Positions 63,361 to 64,000 of a DNA stretch of 64,000 bases are shown here, piece after piece. This DNA is from Eledone cirrhosa (lineage: Eukaryota), in the NCBI GenBank assembly GCA_964016885.1, contig OZ024752.1, forward strand, positions 11,036,001 to 11,100,000, read 5' to 3'. Within the stretch, counting starts at the first letter, position 1, and each line of letters opens with the position of its first letter. The notes beneath the pieces were generated by a model. It made no database searches and was not told the DNA's origin. It worked only from the letters and a program-made list of their open reading frames with translations. The position numbers were made by a program, and so were the translations under genes.

Positions 63361-64000
63361 TATGGTGCTGGTGGTACTGGTGGCACCGCTAAAGCAGCTA
63401 CTACTGCTGATAGTGCTGGCACCGCTAAAGCAGCTACTACTACTGATAGTGCTGGCACCGCTAGAGTAGCTACTACTACTACTGCTGCTGCTGCAACTAC
63501 TACTACGGCTGTTCCAACAACTGCTGCTGCTGCTGCTGCTGCACCTGCTAGTTTTGTTGCTAATGCTGCCGGTGGCATCGCTAGAACAACTATTGCTACT
63601 ACTGTTCCAGCAACTGCTGCTGCTTTTGCTGCTGCTTCTGACAGTGCTGCTGTTGTTGATACTACCGATATCGGTATTGTTGCGGTTGTTGTTGGAAATG
63701 TGCTTTAAACAACTCCGAAAATCCAACATTTTCAAGCAGTTATTTACAACACACCATTGCGGTGTTTTCAACTGGGTACATTACTGAAATAAGCTCCATC
63801 ATATATCTTCTCTTTCACCAAATAACACATTTATACAGAAAACAAAAATACCACTAAAACGCTCACACACAGATACAAACACTTATAAACATACAAACAT
63901 TTCTGTAAATTCATTCGCATTCTTACACACGCGTACACTCACAAACACACACACATTATATATATTTATATATATATATATATATATATAAATATATATA

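Noticed and set aside
63232-63708. Ala/Thr-rich ORF at the end of the minisatellite
   Set aside because: Low-complexity GCT/ACT sequence continuous with the repeat; no supported start or splice sites

Overview
AT-rich, microsatellite-dense eukaryotic DNA. The SINE families, RTE LINEs and (TA)n/(CA)n density resemble a cephalopod (Octopus-like) genome; this is an inference, not a database match. Almost all ORFs in the supplied track are microsatellite translations. 1-47 kb is a patchwork of decayed mobile elements: two tRNA-derived SINE families (one in head-to-tail arrays), RTE LINE fragments, a DD41D Tc1/mariner pseudogene, Tigger-, mariner- and hAT-like MITEs, two adjacent non-autonomous Helitrons, and many Penelope-like (PLE) pseudo-LTR fragments including one GIY-YIG endonuclease ORF. 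The strongest unannotated signal is about 15 intact or slightly decayed type I hammerhead ribozyme motifs from several families, mostly beside (TA)n tracts and often inside fold-back inversions. Four small phase-compatible plus-strand exons (18.4-37.3 kb) appear to encode the C-terminus of a host protein. 47-63.4 kb is tandem repeat: a GGT/GTT tract, inverted 21/18-bp arrays, a CCA-rich tract and a 6.6-kb 35/38/41-bp minisatellite. All motifs and pairings were read by eye; no folding or homology search was run.
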